From NCBI GenBank assembly GCA_910592345.1, contig CAJVPI010000342.1:1-34366 (forward strand): a stretch of DNA of 34,366 nucleotides, written 5' to 3'. Source of the stretch: Paraglomus brasilianum. Lineage: Eukaryota. Positions 33,429 to 34,366 of this stretch are shown here, piece by piece. Below the pieces are notes generated by a model that did no database searches, had not been told where the DNA came from, and saw nothing but the letters and a program-made list of their open reading frames with translations. Both the position numbers and the translations under genes were made by a program. Every line of letters starts with the position of its first letter. Position 1 is the stretch's first letter.

Positions 33429-34366
33429 ATACTTTTTATATTTGGCAGATAATACCTCGGATTAGATAAGTTACATCCCTCTCTATAGTCAAAGGGGGTG
33501 CTTACTTTCGGTATACATACTACTAAATTAATCCTTTGTACTCCTATATTCATTTGTAAAACCTTTCCCACTGTGATTCTTAGTTAAATTACAAATTTGA
33601 TTGAGAAAGACTAATTTGTATAAGTTAGGATGATTGCCAGATTTTCAAGTTATCACTGCTGGCCAGCAATTTGTCGCGTTAACTGTTTTTTCCCATAGGA
33701 GAGCTAACATGCATCAGGAAAAAAAACACACGCAAAATTGAAAAAAGGATAAATGCTATTTAGTTAACTTCATTTTAGCCAACCTTTCCAATCTCTCATT
33801 GTTGTAACTTTATTGTATAAGTATGAACCTATTTATCTCCGCAGTAGCCATGTCAATCAGATAACGAAAATGCCACCAATACGACATATCAGTCAAGTAA
33901 ATTTTCGATTTATTTTCCGTCTAATGAATTTTACTGTAAGCTACACAAAATTTTTTTTCTCTTAAATAGTAATATAACAAACTTAAGCACCTTGTTAAGT
34001 TCCACCTTTTTGCAGTTGCAGATGCTAATTAAGGAGCCACGTTGGATTAAATTTAAATGCGTTATCTTAACACTGGTGTTACACAGTATAAAGTTAATAA
34101 AAAATATACATATTAATATTTGTCTGATAGATGGTACTTGTATGTCCTACGAAAGTATGGTGTTTGAGTACATACAAGAAATTAATATTAAGATGGACAA
34201 CAATTCTACTATATAGAAATAAGGACTGTAAACTTGTCATTTTACTCAAATTAAAAATTGCTAACCGACTATAGTAAAATTATGTAAACTTGGAAATTGT
34301 GTCATTACAATTTTATCTGAAATCTTGTTAAGCGTGTAGACTAAATAGTTGGTAAAACATCTATTG

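Noticed and set aside
33362..33571. Track ORF as the true first exon of the kinase
   Set aside because: Only its last ~10 codons look kinase-like; it has a GTG start and lacks the Gly-rich loop and catalytic Lys.

Overview
Eukaryotic, AT-rich, intron-rich fungal DNA. The gene content is most consistent with Glomeromycotina (arbuscular mycorrhizal fungi) or close Mucoromycota: TKL-type kinases with LEWIPY and HRDLHGGN motifs, a MATA-HMG factor and a minor-spliceosome intron. That assignment is an inference. From left to right: the 5' part of a TKL-kinase-family gene running off the left edge (missed by the ORF track); a ~13.9 kb non-coding region full of microsatellites and HMG-type motifs; an intronless MATA-HMG transcription factor; tRNA-Arg(ACG); a 4-exon cytochrome c; and three tandem minus-strand genes reconstructed by hand. 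These are a class III (eIF4E3-like) cap-binding protein, a ZC3HC1/NIPA/Rsm1-like nuclear-basket zinc finger protein and the mitofusin Fzo1. The right end is accessory: decayed coding sequence, Tc1/mariner relics and a 5'-truncated TKL kinase. The best-supported notable observations are a U12-type AT-AC intron in the ZC3HC1-like gene, the fungal eIF4E3-like protein and a GC-AG intron in Fzo1. More speculative are a Ste11/Prf1-like autoregulated HMG locus and a three-way-junction RNA downstream of it. I found no firm evidence for a wholly new multi-gene system.
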